This document shows positions 36,624-48,591 of a stretch of DNA of 64,000 nucleotides, in pieces (the first letter of the stretch is position 1; each line of letters opens with the position of its first letter). A program made the translations under genes and the position numbers. Origin of the DNA: an uncultured delta proteobacterium. Its GTDB lineage: Bacteria; Myxococcota; Myxococcia; Myxococcales; Anaeromyxobacteraceae. The stretch covers positions 480,001 to 544,000 of the forward strand of contig CAVYBH010000008.1 in assembly GCA_963766715.1 (NCBI GenBank). The letters are read 5' to 3'. The notes beneath the pieces were generated by a model. That model saw only the letters and a list, made by a program, of their open reading frames with translations, was not told where the DNA came from and searched no databases.

Positions 36624-38681
36624 ATGAACGACACGACATCCGGCGCCACCGGCTTCAAGCCCTACGTCCCCGCCGACAAGATCATCCCCGAGTTCACCGT
36701 CAAGGCGGTGGTCACCGGCGCGCTCTTCGGCATCCTCTTCGGCGCCTCCACCGTCTACCTGGCGCTCAAGGCCGGCCTGACCGTCTCGGCCTCGATCCCC
36801 ATCGCGGTCATCGCCATCTCGCTCGGCCGCAAGCTCCTCAAGACCACCATCCTCGAGAACAACATCATCCAGACCGCCGGCTCGGCGGGCGAGTCGATCG
36901 CCGCGGGCGTGGTCTTCACCCTGCCCGGCTTCCTCTTCCTCTCGGCCGGGGCGGACGGCACCTCGGTGGGCGCCGGCTACTTCAACTACCCCACCCTGTT
37001 CACCCTCTCGCTGGTGGGCGGCATCCTCGGCGTCCTCATGATGATCCCGCTGCGGCGCTCGCTCATCGTGAAGGAGCACGAGGAGCTGAAGTACCCGGAG
37101 GGCGCGGCCTGCGCGTCGGTGCTCATCGCCGGCGAGAAGGGCGGCGACTTCGCCAAGACCGCCTTCCAGGGCGTGGGCATCGCGGTGGCCTACGCCATCC
37201 TCCAGAAGGTGTTCCACCTCATCGCCGAGACCCCGGCCTGGGTCACCTCCCGCACCAACAAGTGGCTGCCCAACGCCACGGTGAACGGGGAGATCACGCC
37301 GGAGTACCTGGGCGTGGGCTACATCATCGGCCCCAAGATCGCCGGCGTGCTGGTGGCCGGCGGCGTGCTCGCCTGGCTCGGGCTCATCCCGCTCCTCGGC
37401 TTCCTGGTGCCGGGCGACATGGTCTACGCCCAGCTCGTGAAGCTCGGCAACAACCCGGCCGGCTTCGGCTGGGACCCCGCCACCCACACCTTCGCCAACA
37501 CCGCCAACGCCATCTACCGGGCCTACGTGCGCCAGATCGGCGCCGGCGCGGTGGCGGCCGGCGGCTTCATCACGCTCGGGAAGACCCTGCCCACCATCTA
37601 CACCTCGCTCCGCGACAGCATCCGGTCGCTCACCGGCGACAAGGGCGGGCCGGTCGCGATCCGCACCGAGCGCGACCTGTCCTTCGTCACGGTGATCGTG
37701 GGCAGCATCGGCCTCGTGGTGGTGCTGGTGGCGCTCCCCTTCGTCCCCGGGAACACCCTCCTCAACAAGATCCTGGTGGCCCTGCTGGTCATCGTCTTCG
37801 GCTTCATCTTCGTGACCGTGTCGTCGCGCATCGTCGGCCTCATCGGCTCCTCGTCGAACCCCATCTCCGGCATGACCATCGCCACGCTCATGGCCACCGC
37901 CATGGTCTTCGTGGGGATCGGCTGGACCGGCTCGGCCTACGAGCCCATGGCGCTCGTGGTGGGCGGCATGGTCTGCATCGCCGCCGCCAACGCCGGCGCC
38001 ACCTCCCAGGACCTCAAGACCGGCTACCTCATCGGCGCCACGCCGCGCGCGCAGCAGATCGCCCTCTTCGTCGGGGCCATCGCGTCGGCCGTCGTCATCG
38101 GCCTCACCGTGAAGGTGCTCGACACGCCCAGCGCCGACCAGCTCGCCAAGGGGATCACGCACGCCATCGGCACCGAGAAGTTCCCGGCCCCGCAGGGCAC
38201 GCTGATGGCGACCCTGATCAAGGGGCTGCTCTCGCTCAACCTGGACTGGGTCTACGTGCTGGTGGGCGTCTTCTTCTCCATCACCATGGAGCTGTGCGGC
38301 GTGAAGGCCCTCTCCTTCGCGGTCGGCCTCTACCTGCCCCTCTCCACCACGCTCCCCATCTTCGCCGGCGGCGTGGTGAAGGGGCTGTCCGACTGGGCCA
38401 CCAGCCGCAAGGGCGGCCAGGTCGAGGACTCCGAGCTCGGCGGCGGGTCCCTCATGGCGACGGGGCTCGTGGCCGGCGGCGCGCTCACCGGCGTGGTGGT
38501 GGCTTTGCTCCAGGTGAACGAGGGGGTGGAGAGCTTCCTGGCCACCCGGCTCAACCTGGAGCCGGCGCTCACCCGGGCGCTGGGCCACGGCGGATACGCG
38601 CTGCTCGGCGTCCTGGCCTTCGCGGCGCTGGGACTCATGCTCTTCCGCACGTCGATGAAATCGCAGGCGAAGGTCGACTGA
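36624..38681 (+). CDS. OPT family oligopeptide transporter
   Basis: YLALKAGLTVSASIP, ENNIIQT, YPEGAACA, SSNPISGMTI, QDLKTG, PAPQGTLM. Confidence 0.94.
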   Translation: MNDTTSGATGFKPYVPADKIIPEFTVKAVVTGALFGILFGASTVYLALKAGLTVSASIPIAVIAISLGRKLLKTTILENNIIQTAGSAGESIAAGVVFTLPGFLFLSAGADGTSVGAGYFNYPTLFTLSLVGGILGVLMMIPLRRSLIVKEHEELKYPEGAACASVLIAGEKGGDFAKTAFQGVGIAVAYAILQKVFHLIAETPAWVTSRTNKWLPNATVNGEITPEYLGVGYIIGPKIAGVLVAGGVLAWLGLIPLLGFLVPGDMVYAQLVKLGNNPAGFGWDPATHTFANTANAIYRAYVRQIGAGAVAAGGFITLGKTLPTIYTSLRDSIRSLTGDKGGPVAIRTERDLSFVTVIVGSIGLVVVLVALPFVPGNTLLNKILVALLVIVFGFIFVTVSSRIVGLIGSSSNPISGMTIATLMATAMVFVGIGWTGSAYEPMALVVGGMVCIAAANAGATSQDLKTGYLIGATPRAQQIALFVGAIASAVVIGLTVKVLDTPSADQLAKGITHAIGTEKFPAPQGTLMATLIKGLLSLNLDWVYVLVGVFFSITMELCGVKALSFAVGLYLPLSTTLPIFAGGVVKGLSDWATSRKGGQVEDSELGGGSLMATGLVAGGALTGVVVALLQVNEGVESFLATRLNLEPALTRALGHGGYALLGVLAFAALGLMLFRTSMKSQAKVD

Positions 38682-38753
38682 CCCGGGAGTCGGCCCTCCG
38701 GGGCCCGTCACATCCGGCCGGCAGGCGCCTCCTCCCTTGCAAGGGGGGACGGC

Positions 38754-38924
38754 ATGATCCCGGACGGCTCACGAATACGCTGGTCGCTGGATCGCGCGCT
38801 CCGCTCGCTGTGCCGGTGCGACGGGCTGAAGGATCTGGCCGTCGTGGCCGCGCTCCTCGTCATCACCGGCGCCTTCGCCGTCCGCGTCGCCGGGAGCGCC
38901 CGCGCGGTCAATTCCTTCTTGTGA
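38754..38924 (+). CDS. Small putative membrane protein (56 aa)
   Basis: AAGGGGG upstream. Translates as MIPDGSRIRWSLDRALRSLCRCDGLKDLAVVAALLVITGAFAVRVAGSARAVNSFL with one hydrophobic helix. Confidence 0.5.
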   Translation: MIPDGSRIRWSLDRALRSLCRCDGLKDLAVVAALLVITGAFAVRVAGSARAVNSFL

Positions 38925-39013
38925 CCCATGCGGGATCCGTCACGGTGAAATTCCTCGAGCCTCCATCCGTGAAGGAAGGGACCTGGCCCCGGAATCCCGG
39001 GAAGGAGAACGCC

Positions 39014-39142
39014 ATGAACGGCCAACGAGAAACCTCCCTTCACCTCCGTCCGCCGCGAGGCCACGCGCTCCGCGACGTCGCCCTCTTCGCCGGCCTCCTG
39101 GTCGTGATCGCCGCCTTCCTGGCGCACTCGGTCCGGTTCTGA
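39014..39142 (+). CDS. Small putative membrane protein (42 aa)
   Basis: SD AAGGAG. Translates as MNGQRETSLHLRPPRGHALRDVALFAGLLVVIAAFLAHSVRF with one TM helix. Confidence 0.6.
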   Translation: MNGQRETSLHLRPPRGHALRDVALFAGLLVVIAAFLAHSVRF

Positions 39143-39206
39143 CACCCGCCGCCCCGTGATGCAGGGCCCTGTGCGCGCGGCCCCGTTCGCCGTACCATCC
39201 GGTGGC

Positions 39207-42200
39207 GTGTCGCCCACCGAACGACCTCCTCCCCCGGAAGGTTCACCCGAGACGCATCCGCGCCCCGGGTCGATGTCGGCCCTCCTCGAGGAGCTGGCCG
39301 AGGCGCCGGAGGTGCGCCCCGGCTCGGGCATCGGGCCGGGCACGGTGATCGGCGGCCGGTTCGAGGTGCTCCGCGAGCTGGGCCGGGGCGGCTTCGGCGT
39401 GGTCTTCGAGGCGCGCGACCGGGAGCTCGGGCGGCTGGTCGCGGTCAAGGTGGTCCGCCCCCGCCGCGGCGTCGACCCGGCCATGCTGCGCGCCGAGGCG
39501 GAGGCGGCCGCGCAGCTCCATCATCCGAACATCGTCACCGTCCACGACCTGGGGAGCGCCAGCGGCGAGGGCTGGCTGGTGCTCGAGCTCCTCCGCGGCG
39601 AGACGCTCGAGGAGCGGCTGCGGAGAGGGCACGTTCCGCCCGCCGAGGCGCTCCGGGTCGCGACCGAGATCGCCCGCGGCCTCGCCCACGCCCACCACGC
39701 CGGCGTGGTGCACCGGGACCTCAAGCCGTCGAACGTCTTCGTCTGCGACGACGGCGCGGTGAAGATCCTCGACTTCGGGCTCTCCCGGGTCTTCGGCTCG
39801 GGCAGCGGGCCGGAGGGCGGGACCCCGGCCTACATGGCCCCGGAGCAGTGGCGGCGGGAGGTCGAGGACGAGCGCGCCGACGTCTTCGCGCTCGGCGTCA
39901 TGCTCCACGAGATGCTCGCGGGCCAGCGGCCCTTCGCGGTCGAGTCCGGGCGGAGCACCGCGCTCGACGACGGGCCGATCCCGGAGCTGCCGGCGCGCGC
40001 CGCCCCGAGGCAGGTGCGGTCGCTGGTCCGGCGCTCCCTGTCCCGCTCCCGCGAGGACCGCCCGAAGGACGGCGCCGCGGTGCTCGAGACGCTGCTCGAC
40101 CAGCGGACCGCGGCCGAGGCCGGGCGGAACCGCAGGAGGGTGGTCCTCGCCGGCGCGCTGGTGGGGCTCGTCGCGCTCGGCGCCCTCCTCGCCTGGCGCG
40201 CCCAGCACCCGCGGGACCTCGCGCCCGGGGAGCGGATCCCGGTGGCGGTGGCCGACTTCCAGAACGGAACCTCCGACCCCGAGCTGAACGGCCTGTCGGG
40301 GATGCTCACCACCTCCCTCGAGCAGTCGAAGCGGCTCACGGTGCTCACCCGCTCGCGGCTGGCCGACCTGATCCGGCAGACCGGCAAGGACGTCCCGGAG
40401 CGGATCGACGAGTCGCTGGCCCGGGAGGTGGGCAAGGCCGCGGGGGTGAAGGCCCTGCTCCTCGCCACGGTGCACCGCTTCGACGACCTCTACCTCATCG
40501 AGATGCGGGCGCTCGATCCGGCCACCAACGAGTACCTCTTCACCCTCAAGGCGGACGGGAAGGGGAAGGCCAGCATCCCGGGGATGATCGACCGGCTGTC
40601 GGCGCAGACCCGGGAGCGGCTGCGCGAGCGACCCGCCGATCTCGCCGCCGGCCGCGGCGTGGCGGACGTCACCACCGCCAACCTGGCGGCCTACGAGCAC
40701 TACTTCAAGGCCCGTCAGGCGATGGACCTCCAGCACCCCGACGCCGCCATCGTGGAGCTCGACGCCGCGCTGAAGCTCGACCCCAGGTTCGCGCTCGCGC
40801 AGTACCAGCGGGCCGTGGTCGACGCCTGGACGCCGCTCTGGACCAAGGCCAGCGGCACCGCGGACGAGGCGAGCCGGCGGACCATGCAGGAGCATCTCGC
40901 CAGCGCCTTGAAGCTCGCCGACCGCCTGCCGGAGAAGGAGCGGCTGGCGCTGCTCGGCTGGCAGGCCACGCTCGACCGGCGGACCGAGGACGCGCTGCGG
41001 CTGCGCGACCAGGCGGCGGAGGCGTACCCGCAGGACAAGGAGGCGGTCTTCTGGGCCGGCGACGTCCGCTTCCACGAGGGCAAGTTCGAGGAGTCGATCC
41101 CCTACTTCGAGCGGGCGCTGAAGCTCGACCCGAGGTACGTCCTGCCGCTCGATCACCTGGCGCGGGCGTACGAGTTCCTGGGGATGCCCGAGCAGCAGCT
41201 CGAGGCGTCGCGAAAGTGGATCGAGGCGTCCCAGGCCGCCGACGCCCACCGGAGCGCCGGCCGGGCGCTCCTCTCCTTCGACCGGCGGGAGGAGACGGAG
41301 CTGGCGTTCCGGCGCGCCTTCGAGATCGACGGAAGGCTGTGGCCCTCCCCCGCCGTCGGATACTGGCTGATGTACCAGGGGCGCCCCCACGACGCGGAGG
41401 CCCTGGCCCGCGCCGGGCTCAAGGCGATCGCCGCACGCCCCTCCCCGGTGCCCGACCCCCACGGCGAGCCGTACGCCGAGGAGGGTGTCGTACGTGCGGC
41501 TGCTCGTGAGCGCGCTCGGCGAGCAGGGGCGGCTGCGCGATGCGCAGGCGGTCGTCGACGGCCTCCTGGAGGCGGACGCGCCGGAGACCGACGTGGCCAA
41601 GGTCCGGTTCGGCTTCGCGACCGGTACGCGCTCTCTCGCGCAGGTCCAGCAGGCCGTGACGGACGCCGAACGGCTCGGGCTCCTCAAGAGCGCCAAGGCG
41701 CTCGTGAGCGCGGCGATCTCGCTGCTCGTGGTGGGCCAGCCGGCCGCCGCGGCCTCGCTCCTCGAGCGTGCACGGGCGGCTCCGGACTGGGCGGAGGTCG
41801 AGCCCTCCCAGCTGCAGCTGCAGGAGGCCCTCTCGGCCTGGCGCGCGGGGCGGCTCGACGAGGCGGAGGCCGGGCTCCGCGCCTTCGCGGAGGGCGCCGG
41901 GGTGAACCGCCAGTACACCGGCCAGAACGTCCTGGGAGAGTTCCTGATCGGCCGCGGGAAGGACGCCGAGGCCGTGGCGGCGCTCGAGAAGGCCCGCGGC
42001 ATGCGGTGGTCCGGGGCCGCCGAGGGGCGCCCCTGGTTCGACCCGAACGCGCTCTTCCTGCTCGCCGGGGCCTACGAGCGGCTCGGCGAAAAGCAGAAGG
42101 CCCGCGAACGGGTCGACGAGCTCCTCAAGCTCTGGCAGCGCGCCGACCCGGACCTGCCACGCCTCGCGGAGGCGCGGGCGATGAAGAAGCGGCTCGCCCC

Positions 42201-42228
42201 CCGGACCGCTCAGGCCACGCAGCGGTAG
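39207..42228 (+). CDS. Membrane Ser/Thr protein kinase with extracytoplasmic TolB-like and TPR regions (frameshift near 41485)
   Basis: LGRGGFGVV, VAVK, HRDLKPSN, DFG, GTPAYMAPE, a TM helix, VAVADF and TPRs. The C-terminus WQRADPDLP is in ORF 41485..42228. Confidence 0.92.
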
Positions 42229-43216
42229 TCGCGCGGCTCCTGGAAGCCCCGCCGGGACAGCTCGGCGCGGATGAGGTCGCGGGCGCCCGGAGCGCCGACG
42301 GCGACGAGCAGGGGGAGCCCTCGCGCCCGCTCCGCCTCCTCGAAGGAGTGGACCGGCGCCCCCTGGATGGCGCGTCCGATCTTCCTCGCGTCGACCTCCA
42401 GGAACAGCGACGACCGCGACCCCGTGCACGCGGAGCGCGCGGGCGAAGGCGCGCCCGGTCTCTCCGGCGCCCCAGATCGCCACCTCGCGCCGGTCGGAGA
42501 GCGGCCCGGCCGAGAGCCACGCGGCCTTGAGCGCCACGTGCCGGGAGATCCCGTAGCGAGGCGTCGGTGCGGGTGAGCCGCCCGGCCGACTCGCGCCAGT
42601 CGAGGAGCACCTCGGGGACGTTGCCGAGCCGGTGGCCCGCCGCGGCGAGGCGCAGCCACAGGTCGTAGTCCTCCGGGAAGTCGCCCTCGCGCCAGCCGCC
42701 CACCTCCTCCAGCGCGGTGCGCCGGATCGCTGCGGCCGGGTGGACGAGCGGCGCCTCGACGAGGAGGTCGCGCAGGACGAGGTCGGGCGTGACGAGTCCG
42801 TTCAGCCACGCGGCGTAGCGGGCCATCCCTCCCGCCACCTCGCCGCGCGGGAAGAGGCGCACCCGGGAGCCCACCGCGGCGAGCGCCGGGTCGGCGGCGA
42901 GGGCGGCGAGCTGGATCTCGATCCGGCGCGGGTGGGCCACGTCGTCGGCGTCCATGCGGACCACCACCTCGGCGTCGCAGCGGGAGAGCCCCCGCTGCAG
43001 CGCCCCGGCGATCCCCTCCCCGGGGCCGTGGACCACGACGACGCGCCGATCCCGCCGGGCGAGCCCCTCCAGGATCTCCAGGGTCCCGTCGCGGGAGCCG
43101 TCGTCCACCGCCACCAGCGAGAGGTCGCGACAGGTCTGCCGCAGGATGGAGACCGCGGCGGCGCGGACGGTGCGCGCCGAGTCGCGCGCGGGCAGCAGGA
43201 CGGCGGCGCGCGGCAA
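42210..43216 (-). CDS. Glycosyltransferase family 2 (frameshifts near 42550 and 42410)
   Basis: VLLPARD, VDDGSRDGT, RMDADD, HPAA, PEDYDLW, then IWGAG and VAVGAPGAR. Confidence 0.88.
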
Positions 43217-43224
43217 GACCGCGG

Positions 43225-43761
43225 CTATCCTTCGTAGTCGCCGCCGATGGGCGGCGGGGTCTCGTCGGCGGCCACGTCGTCCGGGCTCACCTCGACCGGG
43301 CCGGCGTCGGCGTCGTACTCGCCCAGCACCGGGTCGGCCGCCTGGGTGCAGAGCCAGACCGCGGCGTAGTAGTAGCCGGCCGGCCCCAGGCCCACGATCT
43401 GCCCTCGCGTGGCCGGGGCGATCAGGTCCTGGCGGCGCCATTCCTCGCGCGCGTGGACGTTCGAGATGTGGACCTCGATCACCGGGAAGGCGACCGACTT
43501 GAGGCAGTCGTGGAGGGCGTAGCTCGTGTGGGTGAAGGCGCCGGGGTTCACGATGAGACCGCGGGCGTCCTTGCGGTTCTCCTGGATGAAGTCGATGACG
43601 GCGCCCTCGTGGTTCGACTGGAAGGCCCGGACCTCGCGCCCGTAGGCGGCGCAGGCCTCGGTCACCATCCGCTCGACGTCGTGGAGCGTGGTCGACCCGT
43701 AGACGTCGGGCTCCCGCTCGCCGAGCAGGTTCAGGTTCGGTCCGTTCACGAGCAGGATCAT
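43225..43761 (-). CDS. aroQ: Type II 3-dehydroquinate dehydratase
   Basis: NGPNLNLLGEREPDVYG, QSNHEG, NPGAFTHTS, EVHISN. Confidence 0.95.
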   Translation of the reverse strand: MILLVNGPNLNLLGEREPDVYGSTTLHDVERMVTEACAAYGREVRAFQSNHEGAVIDFIQENRKDARGLIVNPGAFTHTSYALHDCLKSVAFPVIEVHISNVHAREEWRRQDLIAPATRGQIVGLGPAGYYYAAVWLCTQAADPVLGEYDADAGPVEVSPDDVAADETPPPIGGDYEG

Positions 43762-44834
43762 GCCGGTCTCCCGATCTCCCGTGCCGCCTCCCGGACGGCG
43801 GAGGGATCGGCGACGACGTCCCACTCTACCGCCCAGTCGCGATCGCGGCGAATCGGCAGCACCCAGAGCAGGCCGGCCGCCGAGCGCTTCTTGTCGTGGG
43901 CCATGAGCGCCACCGCCCGGCGCGCGGTGGCCGCGGGAACCGTGACGGGGAGCCCGGCACCGGCGATGGCCGCCTCCACCCGCTCGACCTCCTCGTCGCC
44001 GACGCGGCCGAGGCGCCGGGCCAGCCGGAAGGCGTAGGCCATCCCCACCGCCACCGCCTCCCCGTGCTTCCAGCGGCGGAACCCGCCGGCCGCCTCCACC
44101 CCGTGGCCGAAGGTGTGGCCGAGGTTGAGGAGCTTGCGCTCCCCGCGCTCCCGCGGATCGCGCTCCACCACCTCGAGCTTGACCCGCGCGCAGGCGGCGA
44201 GGAGCGGCTCGTCGACGCGGCCGGCCCGGGCCCGGGCCGCCATCCGCGGGAGGAGCTCCGGCCGCAGGAGCCCGTACTTGAGCACCTCCCCGAGGCCGCT
44301 CGCGAGCTCTCGCGGCGGAAGGGTGCGGAGCGAGGCCGGGTCGGAGAGCACCGCCACCGGCGGGTGGAAGGCGCCGACGGCGTTCTTGGCCATCGGCAGG
44401 TTCACCGCGGTCTTGCCCCCGAGCGCCGCGTCCACCATGGCGAGCACGGTGGTCGGGATCGCCAGCCAGTCCACGCCGCGCATGAAGACCGCGGCCAGGA
44501 AGCCGGCCGCGTCGGTCACCGCCCCGCCGCCCAGCGCCACCACCAGGCTTCGCCGGGTCAGGCCGGCGCGGAGCAGCGCCGAGGCCGCCCGCTCGAGGCC
44601 GGCCAGCGTCTTGCCGCGCTCGCCGTCGGGCAGCACCACGGTGGCGGCGACGGGCGCGACCCGGGCCAGCGCCGCGGCCATGCGCCTTCCGTGGGGGGTC
44701 GCGAGCACGCGGGCGCAGGTGACGAGCGCGACCCGGTCGTGCCCCGCCGCGAGCCCGGCAAGCCAGGGCGCGGCCGGGCCCACCACCACCGGGTAGGCGT
44801 GCCCCTGCTGCCTCGCCTCGAGCGTCGTGCTCAC
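43758..44834 (-). CDS. aroB: 3-dehydroquinate synthase
   Basis: GGGAVTDAAG, PTTVLAMVDAALGGKT, LNLGHTFGH, HGEAVA, DKK. Confidence 0.95.
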   Translation of the reverse strand: MSTTLEARQQGHAYPVVVGPAAPWLAGLAAGHDRVALVTCARVLATPHGRRMAAALARVAPVAATVVLPDGERGKTLAGLERAASALLRAGLTRRSLVVALGGGAVTDAAGFLAAVFMRGVDWLAIPTTVLAMVDAALGGKTAVNLPMAKNAVGAFHPPVAVLSDPASLRTLPPRELASGLGEVLKYGLLRPELLPRMAARARAGRVDEPLLAACARVKLEVVERDPRERGERKLLNLGHTFGHGVEAAGGFRRWKHGEAVAVGMAYAFRLARRLGRVGDEEVERVEAAIAGAGLPVTVPAATARRAVALMAHDKKRSAAGLLWVLPIRRDRDWAVEWDVVADPSAVREAAREIGRPA

Positions 44835-45336
44835 GCGGAACCCTCCCGGAGGAGCGCGGCGATGCGGCGGGCCACCGCGTCGGCCGAGAGGCCGTCGACG
44901 GGGACGGTGAGGTGGGCGCGCCGGTAGAGCGGGAGGCGCGACCCGGAGCAGCCGCTCCCACTGCGCGGCCAGCGGGCGTCCCTGCCCCTCGCCGAAGTCG
45001 CCTCGCCGCCGCCGCGGGCGACACGTCGAGGAAGATCACGCGCCCGACGCGGATCAGGTGCTCGGCGTTCCCCGGATCGCAGAAGGCGCCGCCGCCCAGC
45101 GCGACGACCACCGGCCCGGCGATCCCGCGGACCACCTCCCGCTCCAGCGCCCGGAAGGCCGGCTCGCCCCGCTCCTCGAAGAGGGCCGCCACCGTCCGCC
45201 CGGCCCGCCGCTCCACCTCGGCGTCGGTGTCCACCACGCGCCGCCCCAGCAGCCGCCCCAGCTCCCGGGCCACGGTCGACTTGCCCGAGCCCATCATCCC
45301 GGTGAGCGCGAGGGTCTCAGCGGATCCGAGCGGCAT
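44831..45336 (-). CDS. aroK: Shikimate kinase (frameshifts near 3' end)
   Basis: [31 protein letters not shown]. Confidence 0.9.
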
Positions 45337-46463
45337 AGGCCTCCACCGCCTTCTCGACGTCGACCACGGCGTCGCCCCCGAACTTCTCCAGGAAGACGGT
45401 GGCGAGCTCCCAGCAGACCACCGCCTCGCCGACCACCGACGCGGCCGGGAACCGCGCAGACGTCGCTGCGCTCGTAGCGGGCCTGGGCCGGCTCCCGGGT
45501 GTCGATGTCCACGGTCCCGAGCGGCGTGGTCATGGTGGGAATGGGCTTCATGAAGGCCCGCACGCAGAGGGGCTCGCCGTTCGTCATGCCTCCCTCGATG
45601 CCGCCGGCCCGGTTGGTCTGCCGGTGGAAGCCGCGGGCCGGCGAGTGGGAGATGGCGTCGTGGAAGCGGTCGCCGGGGAGGTCGACCCGCATGCCCTCCC
45701 CCAGCTCCACGGCCCGGATGGCGGGGATGGCGCAGAGCGCGCCGGCCAGCCGCCCGTCGAGGCGCCGGTCGGCGTGGGCGTAGGTCCCGAGGCCGGGCGG
45801 GAGCCCCTCGGCCCAGATCTCGAAGGCGCCGCCGATCGATCCGCCGCGCGCCCGCTCCCGGTCGACGATGGCGCGCCATTCGGCGGCCAGCGCCGGGTCG
45901 GCGGTGCGGACGTCGGAGGCCTCGATGGCGGCCCGCTCCGCGGCCGTCGGGGGAAGCTCCCCGCGAGCCGACCGCTCGCCGATGGCGGTCACCCGGGAGT
46001 GGACCTCGATCCCGAAGCGGCCGAGCAGCTGCCGGGCCAGCGCGCCGAGCGCCACGGTGGCCGCCGTGGAGCGGGCGCTCGCCCGCTCCAGCGCGTCGCG
46101 GGCGTCGTCGAAACCGTACTTGAGGAGGCCGGGGAGGTCGGCGTGGCCGGGCCGCGGGCGGGTGAAGCGCGGGCCGCCCCGCGCCGCAGGCGACATGAGG
46201 TCCTTCCAGTTCTCGTGGTCCTTGTTCCAGATGACGAGCGCGATGGGGGTGCCGAGCGTCGTCCCGCCCCGGATCCCGGAGAGGAACTGGGCGCGGTCGG
46301 TCTCGATCTGCATGCGCCCGCCGCGGCCGTAGCCCTTCTGGCGCCGGGCCAGCTCGGCGTCCACGCGGGCCAGGTCGAGCGCCAGCCCGGCGGGGAAGCC
46401 CTCGGCGATGGCCGTCAGCGCCGGGCCGTGGCTTTCACCCGCAGTGAGATAGCGAAGTCCCAT
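45317..46463 (-). CDS. aroC: Chorismate synthase (frameshift near 45450)
   Basis: [47 protein letters not shown]. Confidence 0.95.
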
Positions 46464-46468
46464 GCCCG

Positions 46469-47305
46469 TCACCTCCCGTGCCGCTCGATGGCCCTGGCCA
46501 TCACGTCCTCGGGAGCGGATCGCCCGAGCCAGATCCGGAAGGCGAGCGCGCCCTGGCGCACCAGCACCTGCTCGCCGGTCACCAGCCGGGCGCCGTTGCC
46601 CCGGGCGGCGCGGGCGAAGAAGGTGTCGCCGTAGACGAAGTCGAGGGCCACCTGGCCGGTGCGCCAGGCCAGCGCCGGCAGCTCGCCCTGGTGGTTCGAG
46701 AGCCCCACCGTCGTGGCGTTGACGATCACGTCCGCCTGGATGGCCTCGCGCGCCACCTGCTCCCACTCGACGGGACGCACGGTTCCCTCCGGGCACTCGA
46801 GCGCCCGGACCATGTCCCGGGCCAGCCCCTCGGCGACCTCCGGCCGGCGCGCCGCCAGCCGGACGTTCGCGCCCATGGCCACGAGCGCCCAGAGGACCGC
46901 CCGGGAGGCGCCGCCGGCGCCCAGGACCAGCGCACGGGAGCCGGGGCCGATCCCGGCGTCGGTGAGGAGCCCCCGCACGGCCGGGGCGTCGGTGTTGAAG
47001 CCCGCCCAGCCGTGGGCGTGGCGCGCCAGCACGTTCACCGCGCCGACCTGCGCGGCCACGTCGTCGAGGGCGGCGCAGAAGGGGACCACCGCCTCCTTGT
47101 GGGGCACGGTCACGTTCATCCCGCCGAAGCCGAGGGCGCGGGCCCCTCGCACCGCCGCCTCGAGCTCGTCGGGGGCCACCGGGAGCGCCACGAAGGCGCC
47201 GTCGAAGCCGATGGAGGCGAAGGCGGCGTTCTGCATGGCCGGCGAGAGGCTGTGATCGACCGGCGATCCGATGACGGCGAAGAGGGTGGTGCGCCCCGAG
47301 ATCAT
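46469..47305 (-). CDS. aroE: Shikimate dehydrogenase
   Basis: [35 protein letters not shown]. Confidence 0.94.
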   Translation of the reverse strand: MISGRTTLFAVIGSPVDHSLSPAMQNAAFASIGFDGAFVALPVAPDELEAAVRGARALGFGGMNVTVPHKEAVVPFCAALDDVAAQVGAVNVLARHAHGWAGFNTDAPAVRGLLTDAGIGPGSRALVLGAGGASRAVLWALVAMGANVRLAARRPEVAEGLARDMVRALECPEGTVRPVEWEQVAREAIQADVIVNATTVGLSNHQGELPALAWRTGQVALDFVYGDTFFARAARGNGARLVTGEQVLVRQGALAFRIWLGRSAPEDVMARAIERHGR

Positions 47306-48591
47306 GCGCCCTCCGAGAGGCGATCGAGGATGTGGAAGAAGCCGGGGAAGCTGGTGGCCACGCACTCGACGTCGTCGAGCTCCACCTCGTCGCCCCCGGT
47401 GAGCAGCTGGGCCACGGCCATGCTCATGGCCACCCGGTGGTCCATGCGGGTCCGGACCGGGACGCCCCGCAGCGGCGTCGGCCCCTCGATGGCGCACCCG
47501 TCCTCGAAGAGCTCGATGCGGGCGCCGGCGGCCGACAGGGTCTCGCCCATGGCCGCCAGCCGGTCGGACTCCTTCACCCGCAGCTCCCGGGCGTCGCGGA
47601 TCAGGGTTCGCCCGTGGGCCTGGGTCGCCATCACCATGATGACCGGGAGCTCGTCGATGAGCCGGGGGACGAGCGCCCCCTCGATGGTGGTGCTCCGGAG
47701 CGGTCCGCCCCGGACGGTCACGTCGGCGCGCGGCTCTCCGGCGCTCTCGTGCTCGCCGGCCACGATCACCTCGGCGCCCATGGCCCGCAGCACGTCGAGG
47801 AGGCCGGTGCGCGTGGGGTTCGTCCCCAGGCCGCGCGCCGTGACCTCGGAGCCGGGAAGGGCCGCCGCGCCGCACAGGAAGAAGGCCGCCGACGAGATGT
47901 CGCCCGGCACGTCGACCTCGCCGCCGTGCAGCCTCGACGGGCGGATGGAGACCCGCAGGCCGTCGACTCGGAGGTCGGCCCCCATGCGCCGGAGCATCCG
48001 CTCGGTGTGGTCGCGGGAGTGCGCAGGCTCCTCGACCACCGTCTCCCCCTCGGCGGAGAGGCCGGCGAGGAGGATGGCCGACTTCACCTGGGCGCTCGCC
48101 ACCGGGAGCACGTGGTGGAGGCCGCGGAGCGGGCCTCCCCGGATCACCAGCGGCGGCAACCGGTCGCCGTCGCGGGCCTGGAGCACGCCGCCCATCCGGC
48201 GCAGCGGATCGATCACCCGGCGCACCGGCCGGCGGCGCAGCGAGGCGTCGCCGGTCAGGACCGAGAGGCCGGGCACGCCGGCCAGCACGCCCGCCAGGAG
48301 CCGGAGGCTGGTGCCGGAGTTCCCGCAGTCGATGACGTCGTCCGGCTCGGCGAGGCGGGCCGGCGGCGTCACCACCACCTCGGCGCCCTCCTCGCGGACC
48401 CGGGCCCCGAGCCGCTCCACCGCCTTCCACGTGGAGTGGACGTCCTCGGCGCGCAGGAGGCCGCGCACGCGGGTCTCCCCCTCGGCCAGGGCGGCGAAGA
48501 GCAGCGACCGGTGCGAGACCGACTTGTCTCCGGGGACCTCGAAGGCCCCGCGCAGCGGGCCGCGGCGGCGGCAGGTGATGGGACCCTTCAA
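47302..48591 (-). CDS. aroA: 3-phosphoshikimate 1-carboxyvinyltransferase (EPSP synthase)
   Basis: [56 protein letters not shown] start inferred. Confidence 0.95.
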   Translation of the reverse strand: MKGPITCRRRGPLRGAFEVPGDKSVSHRSLLFAALAEGETRVRGLLRAEDVHSTWKAVERLGARVREEGAEVVVTPPARLAEPDDVIDCGNSGTSLRLLAGVLAGVPGLSVLTGDASLRRRPVRRVIDPLRRMGGVLQARDGDRLPPLVIRGGPLRGLHHVLPVASAQVKSAILLAGLSAEGETVVEEPAHSRDHTERMLRRMGADLRVDGLRVSIRPSRLHGGEVDVPGDISSAAFFLCGAAALPGSEVTARGLGTNPTRTGLLDVLRAMGAEVIVAGEHESAGEPRADVTVRGGPLRSTTIEGALVPRLIDELPVIMVMATQAHGRTLIRDARELRVKESDRLAAMGETLSAAGARIELFEDGCAIEGPTPLRGVPVRTRMDHRVAMSMAVAQLLTGGDEVELDDVECVATSFPGFFHILDRLSEGA

